Assembly: GCA_951406725.2 (NCBI GenBank)
Contig: OX597836.1
Location: 5,890,001 to 5,954,000 of the forward strand
Reading direction: 5' to 3'
DNA: 64,000 nt
DNA from: Octopus vulgaris
Lineage: Eukaryota
The notes under the pieces were generated by a model. That model was not told the DNA's origin. It saw nothing but the letters and a program-made list of their open reading frames with translations, and searched no databases. Below are positions 27,331 to 39,878 of the stretch, piece by piece. Both the position numbers and the translations under genes were made by a program. The number at the start of each line of letters is the position of its first letter. Position 1 is the stretch's first letter.

Positions 27331-27854
27331 CAATAATACAGCACCGGAGCACAACTACCACACCAGCGACACACAATCAATAAATCACAGTTATATCATT
27401 GACAACACACTAGGAAATCACTTGGATAAGAATAACAACACCCATCACACACCTCTAGCTCACAACAGGCACCAAACTGATACACAATCAATGCAGCACA
27501 AATATACCATTGACAAATCGTTAGTAAATAACTTGGACAAGAATTTGAATAAGAAATAAGAAATACTACTAATACGTACTTGTCACAACTACGAAACAAC
27601 ACCAACACAAGCACGCTGACACATCGCCGAGATGACATTTACACCTCACTGATGGAACATCACCGCAATACAAAGACAACACGCCGGGTTGCCGCTGAAA
27701 TTTAATGCCGCTGTCCTTGTTACTCTGCTGCTGACGCTGTTCTTTTGGGTTATTGCTGTTCATACTCAACGTTGCTGTTCTTGATGTCGTTGTTGTTGTT
27801 ATTGTTCATCACACCACCGTGTTTTGTCTTTGTAGTTGTCTTTCACCTATTATC

Positions 27855-28232
27855 GTTTACTTGTTTCAGTCATTAGACTACGGCCATGCTGCCGCACCAC
27901 CTTTAAAGAATCATTTTCGTAGAATGAATTGACATTAGCGCATGTTTTTTTTAAAGCCGGGTACATATTCAATCGGGCTTTTTTTTTTACAGGACCGCTA
28001 AGTTACAGGGGCATAAACACACCAGCAGCAGTTGTCAAGCAGTGCTGAGTGGGAGGAGGTGACAAACAGACAAATACACACACACATATATATATATACA
28101 ACAGGCTTATTTCAGTTTCCGTCATTCAAATCCACTCACACGGCCTTGGTTGGACCGAGAGTATAGTAGAAGACACTTACCCAAGTTTCCACGTAGTGGA
28201 GCTGAACCCAGGTCCTTGTGATTGGGAATTTA
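27855..28232 (-). mobile_element. SINE family A, diverged
   Basis: Reverse complement of family A. Confidence 0.75.
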
Positions 28233-28369
28233 TGGGACGTGAAAGGAAGTATAGAAAGTCCCTTCAGGATGCCGACCTGGTATGAACTCTTGCACAAAGG
28301 ATTCGATTCTTGAGACATGTCACACGTGGACCAGGTATTAGTGGCCTCGGCCTTCGTGTAGTCTGTATA

Positions 28370-28848
28370 GGTGCAGGGGTGGCTGTGTGGTAAGTAGTTC
28401 GTTTCTAACTATAAGGACCCGCGTTCAATCCCACTGCGTGACACCTTCGGCAAGTGTCTTCTACTATAGCCACAGGCTGACCAAAACCTTGTGAGCTTTA
28501 TTTGGCAGACGGAAACTGAAAGAAACCCGTCATATATATATATACATATTTAGAAATTGTATGTATAAACTTATTTGTGTACGTGTGTGTGTGCGTGTAT
28601 ATGTATGTGTGTGTATGTTTGTGCGTGTGCACTTGTGTCTATGTTCGTCCCCCACAACCACTTTAAAACCGTTGATCGGTTTGTGTGTTACGTCCCCGTA
28701 ACCTAGCGGTTCGGCAAAAAAGACCGAGGGAATAAGTACCTGGCTCAAGAAAGAAAAGTGTCGGCGTCGATTCATTCGTCTAAGAATTTTTAAAACTGGT
28801 GCTCCAGCATGGTCACAGTCTAATGACTGAAACTACTAAATGATAAAA
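28370..28848 (+). mobile_element. SINE family A
   Basis: GGTGCAGGGGTGGCTGTGTGGTAAG head through GGTGCTCCAGCATGGTCACAGTCTAATGACTGAAAC tail. Confidence 0.85.
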
Positions 28849-29041
28849 TATGTCACAGAACAATAGCGGTGTTCTTCCGACGAATTTCCACGTAGAAATT
28901 TTTGTAAAAATCTGTTTGTCCATATACGTGCCCACGGTGCTAACCTTGCTGTGGGAGTGAACCCCAAATCTTATAATTTGGAACTGAACATCATTACTAC
29001 TCATATATGTTGTTGCTGTTATTTTTGTGTTCCATTTATGA

Positions 29042-29450
29042 CGGTGGGATGGCAGAATCATTAGGACGTCAACAGAAATGTTTAGCGCTGATTCATAGGT
29101 TTTACATCCTGAATTTAAATTCCGACGTGGTCGAAGTTGCCTTTCATCATTTCGGGGTCGATAAAATAAGTAGAAATTGAGCACTGAGGTAATGCAATCC
29201 CTTTTCCTCTCCCCTGAAAATGCTGACCTGGTGCCAAAATCAGGAAGAATTTTGTACTGTTTCAGGCAGCTGGGAGAATCCCTGGTTCATCAGATAAATG
29301 TTTAACATCATTTATTTTTCTTCCTCGTTTTCACGTTCTCAGTTCAATCCCTTCCGAGATTGACTTTGTTTTTCACTCTTTCGGGAGTCGATAAAATACG
29401 TATCAGTGGAGCTCGGGAGGGGCGGGGGTCGACATAACTGACTTACTCCG
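29042..29450 (+). mobile_element. two diverged SINE family B copies
   Basis: CTTTCATCATTTCGGGGTCGATAAAATAAGT and TTTCACTCTTTCGGGAGTCGATAAAATACG central domains. Confidence 0.6.
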
Positions 29451-29458
29451 CCTAGTGA

Positions 29459-29948
29459 TGGCGCATTGCTCAGTGGTTAGAGCGTCGAGCTCACAATCAT
29501 GAGGTAGTGAGTTCGATTCTCGGACCGGGCTGTGTTGTGTTCTTGAGCAAGACACTTTGTTTCACGTTCCTCCAGTTCACTCAAGTGTAGAAATAGGTTG
29601 CAGCATCACTGGAGCCAAGTTGTATCGGCTCCTTTGTCTTTCCCTTGGATAACATCGGTGGTGTGGTGTATATGGGCGACTGTTGGTCTTCTGCAGACAG
29701 CCTTGCCCTGACTTGTGCCACGAAGGGGAACTGTCTGGGTGCATTTCCGTGGCCATTCATGACCGAAAAGGGTTTTCTTATCCTTTTATGTATCGGCTTC
29801 TGCCTTTCTCTTGGGTGACGTGGAAAGTAGAGGATGGTAGGCATTGTCGGCTGCTGGTCTTCTGCAAACAACTTTCCCCAGACTTGTGCCTCGGAGGGTA
29901 GCTTTCTAGGTGCAATCCCATGGTCATTTTTGACCGAAGGGGACCTTT
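29459..29948 (+). mobile_element. SINE family C variant with duplicated 3' module
   Basis: tRNA-like head at 29459; the module CTGGTCTTCTGCA.ACA..TT.CCC.GACTTGTGCC..GACCGAA.GGG occurs twice (about 29680-29772 and 29851-29942). Confidence 0.8.
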
Positions 29949-30382
29949 GCATTTCTAACCAGCCACCTATCACTGTTAGACATGTGCCGCCCTTTGAACC
30001 TATTATTTTGTAACCTTTAGTCTCCTTGTTATTACTGATTTTGTCGATGTTGCCATTGTCGGTGTTGTTGTTGTTGCATTGATCCAGTTTGGTGACAGCG
30101 AAGCCACTTTGTGATGAAAGACATGTCATCCGTGACCATGCCACTTCTGATGTCGTTGAGCGCGAGGAGATCTTAAAATATTCAACTTGATCATTCATAC
30201 AAACATTCGCGTTCCAGTGGTGACCATTTCTGTTCTGTTGTAGCTTTATCCTCGGTCAAAATCATATCGTGCAGATCTCTGATCAAGAGCCTTCCAACCC
30301 TGATCATTCCATGACCTTGTACATTAGGATCATATTTAAAACGTGATCCCCTTTTTTAGGGAAGGTCCCAGTATTTCTTTTA

Positions 30383-30815
30383 ATCCCTTCACTCATGAAG
30401 CATAGGTCATCGACGATATTCCTTCACTGTTCTCCACACTGGCTTTAGGGTCACTCCCTCCTATGCAATCCAGCGGTAACCATCTCTGCTTTGCTGTATT
30501 TTAATCCTTGGCCAAGTCCATATGGAGCAGGTCTCTAATCGAAAACGTTCTCCCCATGACCATTCCATGATTTTATAAACTAAGACTATATTGAAATCGT
30601 AACTTTTTTTTTAAGGACATTTCGTTAAGCTTTTCGTTCCTCATGAAGCATAGGTCATCGACGGCTTTTCTTCACTGTTCTCCACGCTGGACGAGGGACC
30701 AGTCAGCGATGACCTAGGTTTATCTTCCCCTTCCAAATCTTGTTGGTTTCGAATTGTCATCGATGCTTCTGTGTAACTATTCGTTTTTTTTTTCTAGGTA
30801 GGGATGTTAACCATG
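30383..30815 (-). mobile_element. duplicated RTE-like 3' terminal fragments
   Basis: Direct repeat CTCATGAAGCATAGGTCATCGACG..CTTCACTGTTCTCCAC at 30392 and 30640; minus strand reads ..WRTVK..VDDLCFM. Confidence 0.5.
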
Positions 30816-31046
30816 CAAAAACACATTATTACTTTTTGAATAATGACCGGTTGTCATACATACATATATTTGTGACATAGGTATATGTATGCGTATATGT
30901 ATGACAGAGGTATGACAGGTATTTGTAGAACAAACCTACACTGGACGCATTCATGTGTATATACATACATATATATATATATATATGAATATATATATAT
31001 ATATATACACATGAATATGTATGTATAGTTGTATATATATATATGT

Positions 31047-31088
<42 letters not shown>

Positions 31089-31094
<6 letters not shown>

Positions 31095-31287
31095 TATATA
31101 GAAGGAGCTTCACAGGACTAGAACTGTTTCATTCAAGAGAAATCTTCAGGAAGCTCTTCCTGAAGATTTCTCTTGAATGAAACAGTTCTAGTCCTGTAGA
31201 AGCTCCTTCTATATAATAAATTAATTTTACTCTGCTATGTATTGAGTACCTTATTTACTGTGGTTAACCCCGAATCAACCCGGGACC

Positions 31288-31291
<4 letters not shown>
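31089..31291 (+). mobile_element. fold-back hammerhead element family P3 in (TA)n
   Basis: ~65-bp inverted arms 31089-31153 / 31156-31221 (one indel), 2-nt loop, plus 70-bp unique tail. Second copy at 35218-35420. Confidence 0.85.
31156..31202 (+). ncRNA. type-I hammerhead ribozyme (predicted)
   Basis: CTTC-CTGAAGA-T-TTC-TCTT-GAA-T-GAAA-CAG-TTCTAGTC-CTG-TA|GAAG. Stem I CTTC/GAAG, stem II TTC/GAA, stem III ACAG/CTGT, cleavage triplet GUA at 31196-31198. Confidence 0.75.
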
Positions 31292-31322
<31 letters not shown>

Positions 31323-31403
31323 GACTATGTATGTATGTATATATGTATATATATATCATATATATATATCTATAAATATATATATATATACATGAATATA
31401 TAT

Positions 31404-31436
<33 letters not shown>

Positions 31437-31494
31437 CATATATTTATACATACATATATATATATATATATAAATATACATATATTTATACATG

Positions 31495-31573
<79 letters not shown>

Positions 31574-31585
31574 ATATATATATAT

Positions 31586-31740
31586 GCGACGAGCTTCTTT
31601 TAGTTTCCGTCTACGGAAATCCAGTTACGACGCTTTGGTCAGCCCGAAGCTATGTGGTAGAAGACACTCGCCCCGAAAGTGGGAAGCAGAAGGTTCGAGC
31701 CCGGAACCATGTGATCGGGAAACAAGCTTCTTACCGAATC
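31586..31740 (-). mobile_element. SINE family A, 5' half, diverged
   Basis: Reverse complement of family A head. Confidence 0.65.
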
Positions 31741-31904
31741 CCTTAGAATTCTTCAGACCGGTGTCGGTCTTCATTCAGCAGATCTATTTTCGTTCCAGTC
31801 GTAGCCATTCCATCAAAATTCCTTTACGTACAACTCGAATATAAAGTATTCTGAACAACAGTCTACGTACATGTGATCCGGATATCGGCATAATTTAACA
31901 TAGT

Positions 31905-32134
31905 ACTCTTTTACTCTTTTATTTGTTTCAGTCATTTGACTGCGGCCATGCTGGAGCACCGCCTTTAGTCGAGCAACTCGACCCCGGGACTTATTCTTTG
32001 TAAGCCCAGTACTTATTCTATCGGCTTCTTTTGCCGAACCGCTAAGTGACGGGGACATAAACACACCAGCATCGGTTGTCAAGCAATGCTAGGGAGACAA
32101 ACACAAACGCACAAACACATACACACACACACAT

Positions 32135-32211
<77 letters not shown>

Positions 32212-32374
32212 TACGACGGGTTTCTTTCAGTTTCCGTCTACCAAATCCACTCACAAGGCATTGGTCGGCCCGGGGCTATAGCAGAAGACACTTGCCCAAG
32301 ATGCCACGCAGTGGGACTGAACCCGGAACCATGTGGTTGGTTAGCAAGCTACTTACCACACAGCCACTCCTGCG
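31905..32374 (-). mobile_element. SINE family A (full length, young)
   Basis: Highly similar to 8971-9394 in reverse; internal (CA)n(TA)n. Confidence 0.9.
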
Positions 32375-32962
32375 ACTATACGAATAAATGGAAACTTTAG
32401 CTGCTATTTCTAGCAGGTTCAACTAAGTCCGACCACTTAGAAACGCGCGTTTCTATAGAGCGCTGTAACACGAAGCTTGAGTGTCTGTACGTACATCTGT
32501 ACATGTGTACGTGTGCGTGTGTGTGTGTGTTTATGGTATACTATGAAGTAGTAGTATGGAGGTGTAGTAGTGCAGTATTACCAAGTGTAATGTTAGTACA
32601 GTGGGTCTGACAAAGCAGTATTGTTGTATTATGTACATAGACGTGAAACAGTGTTACATATTGTGTGGATGTGATGCGTATAGACATCCATACGTCCGTA
32701 CATCCTTCGCTGCATCCATGAAAAACTTGCATGTCGTTATATCTATGTTTATATGTGTATATATATATATGTAATGTAATGTGTGTGTGTGTGTGTTTAC
32801 GTGTGAGTGTAATTAGAAGAATTAGAGAGAAAAACAAAGAGAGAAAGAGAGAGACAGAGAAAGGGAGTGTCCGATAAATCTTTGCCATAGACTTACGTTA
32901 GTGAAACCACTTTAAACGTAAACTCTTATGTACATGAAGGTATATATATATATATATATATA

Positions 32963-33245
32963 CCGGAGTAAACACATAAATGCGAAACAAGGTGGAAAAA
33001 AGAGTACTCAAATACCAGTGGTAGAGTAATATGCTTTATTTTAAGCAGCAGAAAATTCAACAAAATCTGTTACTCTGAGTTTCTCGTTGCCGTTCATCAG
33101 ACAGTTTTTGCTAGAATGGAACTGATATATAGAGTATAGATTGAATTGATATATCAGTTCCATTCTAGCAAAAACTGTCTGATGAACGGCAACGAGAAAC
33201 TCAGAGTAACAGATTTTGTTGAATTTTCTGCTGCTTAAAATAAAG

Positions 33246-33249
<4 letters not shown>
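32963..33249. mobile_element. fold-back hammerhead element family P1 in (TA)n
   Basis: ~100-bp near-perfect inverted arms 33029-33130 / 33149-33249 with an 18-nt spacer; each arm carries a hammerhead motif. Confidence 0.88.
33171..33217 (+). ncRNA. minimal type-I hammerhead ribozyme (predicted; mirror copy on minus strand at ~33062-33108)
   Basis: AAAACTGT-CTGATGA-A-CG-GCAA-CG-A-GAAA-CTC-A-GAG-TA|ACAG(A)TTTT. Intact core, GNRA-capped 2-bp stem II, quasi-palindromic stem III, GUA at 33206-33208. Confidence 0.8.
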
Positions 33250-33279
<30 letters not shown>

Positions 33280-33320
33280 GATAGATAAATAGATAGATAG
33301 AAAAATACATAAGTACATTC

Positions 33321-33368
<48 letters not shown>

Positions 33369-33597
33369 GTATGTATGTATGTATATAGGTTGCTATACTG
33401 CTATATTTAAGAATGTTACCATGTAGACACGTGTAACGCGTAAGTGATTTATGCGTGCGTGTGTGTACATTGAGACTAATGGAATACGGGAAGAATTTAA
33501 GGTATACATGAAAACTTGCCTTCACCTGTTGCTGAAAGTACACAAGCAAAGACACACACACACACACGATCGCAGATGCATATACGCATACACATGC

Positions 33598-33661
<64 letters not shown>

Positions 33662-34243
33662 CGAAGGGATATAGATAGAGAGACAGATAGACAGATAGAT
33701 AGATAAATTATAAGGAATAAAGAACGAAGGAAGGTAAAAATGGAGACACAGAGAGAGAGAGAGAGACAGAGAGAGAGAGTGAGAGAGAAAGAGAGAGAGA
33801 GAGACAGAGAGAGAAAGAGAAAGATAGAGAGACAAAATGAGAGACACGGAAACCTGTGTGTCTGATATCACGTGATCTTTATCTCCCTCTTGCTTTCACT
33901 TTGTCCCTCTCTGTGTTTTCCATTTCCATCATTCTATCTCTATAACTTCCTGTCTCTCTCTCTCTCTCGCACACACACACACACACACGCGCACACATCT
34001 CATCGAATATCGAACAACGAGAGCTGAATACAGCTTCTTCCAAACAGCTGAACGCGCTACAGTCTCTGTTTAAAGGAGAAATCGTACGAAGTCAGTTGTG
34101 TTGGTTCTTCCAACGCAACTAACTCTGCTATTCTTCACTTGTTGTGTTGGCAGCAAAGATGCAAGACAGAATCTGTCAGATTGAATAAGCAGCTACTCGT
34201 TGGTAGCGTGGAATATACATACATGCATAGATACATACATGCA

Positions 34244-34299
<56 letters not shown>

Positions 34300-34540
34300 G
34301 CATATATACGTATGGAATGTATATAATTATGTGTCCCGGCAAATGCGTGTCTGTGTGTGTATGTGAGAGAGAGAGCATGTGTGTATACTCATGCACATAA
34401 AAGTATATATACATGTCCATAAAATTCTATATCATTTCGTGCTTATATATCAACAGTTGGGTGTGTATGTATGTGTGTATATGTGTGTGTGTGTGTATAT
34501 ATATATACACACATACATATATATACATACATACATATGT

Positions 34541-34595
<55 letters not shown>

Positions 34596-34749
34596 TAGAG
34601 ACTTATATATGTTTCCTGTGTGCATGTAAATATCTCACATATATACATAATATTTATACATATGCATATATACATGTATATACATAAATACTTGCATATT
34701 TACATACATACATACATACATACACACACATATATATATGGTATATATA

Positions 34750-34815
<66 letters not shown>

Positions 34816-35077
34816 GTAAAAGTGTATATATATATATACATTATACATATATAATTCACACTCACTCAAATACATGCATATATACGTGAACGTACATGCA
34901 AGCGTGTGTGTGGATAAATGCTGAGATTGCAGCATAAGTGAGATCATTGTACACACTCTGCTGTACACAGGGCGATATATTATTTGTTATGTGTTTAAAA
35001 CCGAGGGACACTCTTCTCCTTGCTCTCCTCTTTCCATCTCTCTCTATATAACTGTCTGTCTATTTATCTACCTATCC

Positions 35078-35159
<82 letters not shown>

Positions 35160-35175
35160 ATCTATCTATCTATCT

Positions 35176-35217
<42 letters not shown>

Positions 35218-35218
<1 letters not shown>

Positions 35219-35420
35219 TGTAGGTCCCGGGTTGATTCGGGGTTAACCACAGTAAGTAAGGTACTCAATACATAGCAGAGTAAAATTAATTTATTATATA
35301 GAAGGAGTTCTACAGGACTATCTACTGTCTTCATTCAAGAGAAATCTTCAGGAAGCTCCTGAAGATTTCTCTTGAATGAAACAGTACTAGTCCTGTAGAA
35401 GCTCCTTCTATATAATAAAT
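35218..35420 (-). mobile_element. fold-back hammerhead element family P3 (second copy, opposite orientation)
   Basis: Tail 35218-35288 is the reverse complement of 31222-31291. Arms 35289-35353 / 35357-35420. Plus-strand core CTGAAGA 35359-35365, GAAA 35378-35381, GTA 35395-35397. Confidence 0.85.
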
Positions 35421-35622
35421 ATATATATAAATATATATATCTGTCTGTCTGTCTGTCTATCCTATTTATCTAACCCGCTACCTACCCCCGTTTTTGTTTG
35501 ACCCTTCGTCCATGTGTCTATTTTTCCCCTGGCTGTTTGTTTTCACATATTTCTAAACACGCCTGACATGCTTATATTTATAGATGTCTACATATATAAA
35601 CATATACGTATATATATATATA

Positions 35623-35666
<44 letters not shown>

Positions 35667-36589
35667 TATATATGCATGTATGTAGGTAAAAATGCATTTT
35701 GGTGGTATGTGCTAACGTTGTTCTCTGTAAGTATTCCTCAATCATTGATAGAGAAATGAGGTGTATTCAGTTATTATTTCTAGCATTTACTCTGACCACA
35801 AACGAGATTAATCAGTGAATCAACCATTCTTATGTTGTTGATACTGTTGCCTTTCGTTATGTTTTAGCAAATTTCAAATCAAAGGCGTTCTGATCGTGAC
35901 CAATCCGACATTATTTATTCCCTAAGCTACATAATTCAAAGTGTCCTTCAAAATTTTATGGTGTTCGCATGCTTGGCGGAATAGTTGACCTGTTATTTCC
36001 TTCCGGTCGCTTTAATCGTCTGCGCTGAGACTTTACGACTGCGTGAGGATATACGTGTATGCTTGTATTTGTGTATGAGCACGCATATATGTGTGTATGT
36101 GTGTACATACCTGTGTGTGTGTGTGTGTGTGTTTGTGAATAAACAACAATTGCACTAGGCGCCATTTTTTTTAACAGTTTCTCAAAAAAGCGCCAGATTT
36201 TCTTCCAGTCTGCCACATGTATTCCCACATTAACAAACGGTGTGTCACAATACAACACCCATTTTTCATTCTAAAGGAACATCGGCTGCTGCCTTCATCA
36301 CGTGACAACACAGGGTTTTATGCTTTTTGCAACAGGATCTGCATGTGCCTGTGTATTTTGCGTGTATACACGGGTGTGTGTGTGTATGTCTACGATTAAA
36401 TATGTGTATGCGTCTGTGTGCGTTTATGTCTGTATGCGTCTCTGCGTAGATGTGTAACTAAAACGTGTGGAGGTGGTATGAAAATATTAGTCTCTGCCAC
36501 ATGCAAATAATTGATTGAATATGTATATGCGTGTATATAAATATATATATGTACATACATACATATACATATACATATATACGAATATA

Positions 36590-36637
<48 letters not shown>

Positions 36638-36647
36638 GTATATATAT

Positions 36648-36973
36648 TCGCAGGAGTGAATGTGTAGTAAGTAGCTTGCTTTCCAGCCACATGGTTCCGG
36701 GTTCAGTCCCGCTGCGAGGCACCTTGGGTAAGTGCATTCTAATACAGCTTCGGGGCGACCAAAGCCTTGTGAGTGGATTTGGTAGGAGGAAACTGAAAGA
36801 AGCCCGTTGTATATATGTATATATATATATGTGTGTGTGTGTGTATGTGTATGTGTGTGTCTATGTTTGTCCTCCCACCGTCACTTGACAACCGATGTTG
36901 GTTTGTTCATGTCCTCGTAACCTAGCGCCTCGGCAAATGAGACCGATAGAATAATTACTAAGCTTACAAAGAA
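36648..36973 (+). mobile_element. SINE family A, 3'-truncated
   Basis: CGCAGGAGTG..GGTTCCGGGTTCAGTCCC head through CTTACAAAGAATA. Confidence 0.85.
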
Positions 36974-37019
36974 TATATATATAGATATACATGCATATAT
37001 ATTATGCATATATATATAT

Positions 37020-37082
<63 letters not shown>

Positions 37083-37124
37083 TATATAAATATATGCATA
37101 TATAAATATAGATAGATAGATAGA

Positions 37125-37250
37125 TATATTTGCCAATAGAGAAAGGACCGGTTTCTAACCTAGATGCAATGCTCCTTCATGGAAAGTTCAACAACATCAA
37201 CCGGCTTTGTTTGCATGTATAAGTTAATATTTGCAGTACTTGGAGTCTGT
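37125..37250 (-). mobile_element. R4/Dong-like 3' terminal fragment
   Basis: TTGCCAATAGAGAAAG.ACCGGTTTCTAACCTAGAT matches 45121-45156. Confidence 0.6.
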
Positions 37251-37542
37251 ACATGAACAGAGACGCATGTATGAATGCATGTATGCATGCATGCATGTAT
37301 GTAGGTAGGTATGTCTGTATGCATGTATGGCTGAATATATGGATGTATGTATATTCCTTTATTCTTTTATTCTTTTACTTGTTTCAGTCATTTGACTGCG
37401 GCCATGCTGGTGCAGTATATCAATCACATTTGTAATTTTACCTCGAGATTATGATTTTTTTTTTACATCCATGAGGTTAGATTTCTGTTCCACATGTTTG
37501 TTCCAACGAGCCTACATGTATTCATAAATATCCATATACCTG

Positions 37543-37583
<41 letters not shown>

Positions 37584-37740
37584 CGTCTATCTTTAGCATA
37601 TTAGGAATCCACTTTAGTGGTCATTCCTCTTATTAATTGTAATGCAATTTTTAAATCTTTGGAATTTTTTGAATATGCCAGACCGCTGGTTTAAATTGAT
37701 GTTAAATGATTGATATCAATTTTTACCCTCATTATTTAAT

Positions 37741-37838
<98 letters not shown>

Positions 37839-37956
37839 CCTTGTTGCTTATTTTGATTCTAATCATGATATTTTGAAATTGTATGGGTAATACCGTACTA
37901 AATTCTGCTGCCTCATCTTAAGTACCATATTCATCTGAATCTACGTTTTTGCTGAA

Positions 37957-38011
<55 letters not shown>

Positions 38012-38051
38012 CAACGCGCGCGCACACACACACACACATATATATATATAA

Positions 38052-38354
38052 CCATTGCAGCGTGCAAGGTGTTTATAAGCCATTTAAAAAACACACAAAA
38101 ACCATTAGATTCGCTTCAAGTTTTAAATTTAATTTGTGAAAATATTTTCGTCGCTTTGAATCCGCGACGTCAGTGAAGACGTCGCGGTTTCAAAGCGACG
38201 AAAATATTTTCGCCGATTAAATTTAAATGTTGATGTGAATCTAACAGTTTTTATGTTTTAGATGGCTTATAAACACCTTCCATACTACAAGTGTTTTTGT
38301 TTCAGCACATGATTTCAGATCATGTCACTTTCTATGCAAGTATATCTCCGTAAT
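38052..38354. mobile_element. fold-back element family P4 with hammerhead-like core at the pivot
   Basis: Imperfect ~105-bp arms 38066-38171 / 38178-38279, loop AGTGAA. GTGAAGA-C-GTCGC-ggtttcaaa-GCGAC-GAAA-ATAT-TTTC at 38173-38211. Confidence 0.7.
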
Positions 38355-38356
38355 AT

Positions 38357-38407
<51 letters not shown>

Positions 38408-38714
38408 CTATGATTAATAATGATAAAGAGAGCGGGAATTTTTCACATCCATAATTTTAATTAACACTTATTTACATCCTACCATTTTACGGGCCTCCAC
38501 GTGTTTTAACTGCAACGACTGCACACTGTTAGATGTGCAACCTAGTATCATGGTCGGTGCAATTTCATACATATCCACACGCAGACATGTACACACATTC
38601 ACACACACACACACATGCGCACATACTCACACACACATATATATATATATACGTCGATATATAGTCACAGGTAGATACACAGAGACTCACACATACAGAG
38701 CTGCGCACACAGAC

Positions 38715-38779
<65 letters not shown>

Positions 38780-39305
38780 TACACACACTCACATACACAC
38801 ACACACACACTCGCCTGTCCGGAGTTGCAGGGGGAAAAAAAATAAATCGAACGAAGCTGCATGCGAGATCGAACACGGCGTGTCGCGAACTGGTTCTGCT
38901 TGGATTTCGCTTCATCTTTCCTCACAGCTGATACTACTATTACTACTACTGCTCCTACTACCACTACTACTACCAGCACTGCTGCTGCTACTGCTGCTGC
39001 TGTCACCGGAATTTACGAAACACGTGACAGTTCTCTTTCTCCAAACCTGATCTTGTCACGTGACACATTCAAGACGCACGACTTTTAGGAAGGGACTCAT
39101 TTTCGTCCGCACATTTTTTGTATTTCTTTGTTCTTTTCTTTCCTCTTTTTATTTTATTTTTTTTTACTTTGTTTTGTTTTGTTTAGACCAAAATGAATTA
39201 TGGGAATGTCTGCTCTCGTAGCATATGTGGCCTTCATGCTGTATCGCTGTGACACCTGGTTTTTGCGTGTGTGTGTATATATATATATATAAATATTTAT
39301 ATATG

Positions 39306-39342
<37 letters not shown>

Positions 39343-39361
39343 ACACGCACTCGCATAAAAT

Positions 39362-39557
39362 CTTCTTTTACTTGTTTCAGTCATTTGACTGCGGCCGTGC
39401 TGGAGCATCGCTTTAGTTGAACAAATCGACCCCGGGACTTATTCTTTGTAAACTTCGTACTTATTCTATCAGTCTCATTGGCCGAATAGCTAAGTCATGA
39501 GGACGCATACACACCAAGATCGGTTGTCAAACAACGGTGGGGGACACACATACATAC

Positions 39558-39603
<46 letters not shown>

Positions 39604-39661
39604 GGATCATGGTTGCTATTTTCAGCATAGTGGTATGTCGTAGATACCCTAATTTATAATT

Positions 39662-39720
<59 letters not shown>

Positions 39721-39878
39721 GAAGGAATTCTTTCAGTTTCCAGTCTACAAAACCCTCCCACAAGGCTTTAGTTGGCCTGAGGCTATAGCGGATAACGCTT
39801 GCCCAAGTTGCCACGCAGTGGAACTGAACCCAGAAACATTTGGTTCGGAAGCAATCTTCTTACCACACAGCCACACCT
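39362..39878 (-). mobile_element. SINE family A (full length, expanded internal TA array with extra insert)
   Basis: Tail at 39362, head at 39878. Confidence 0.85.

Larger units (their letters stand above)
24370..27700. repeat. decayed A/C-rich cryptic repeat region (recurring [C/A]ACTGACAC) interrupted by SINEs
   Basis: More than a dozen CTGAC/CTGA.AC motifs in an A/C-skewed background; a diverged ~110-bp direct repeat at 27370-27435 / 27482-27545. Confidence 0.5.

Noticed and set aside
29581-30198. 205-aa ORF of normal-looking composition
   Set aside because: Largely antisense to a SINE with a duplicated 3' module; the internal peptide repeat mirrors that duplication.
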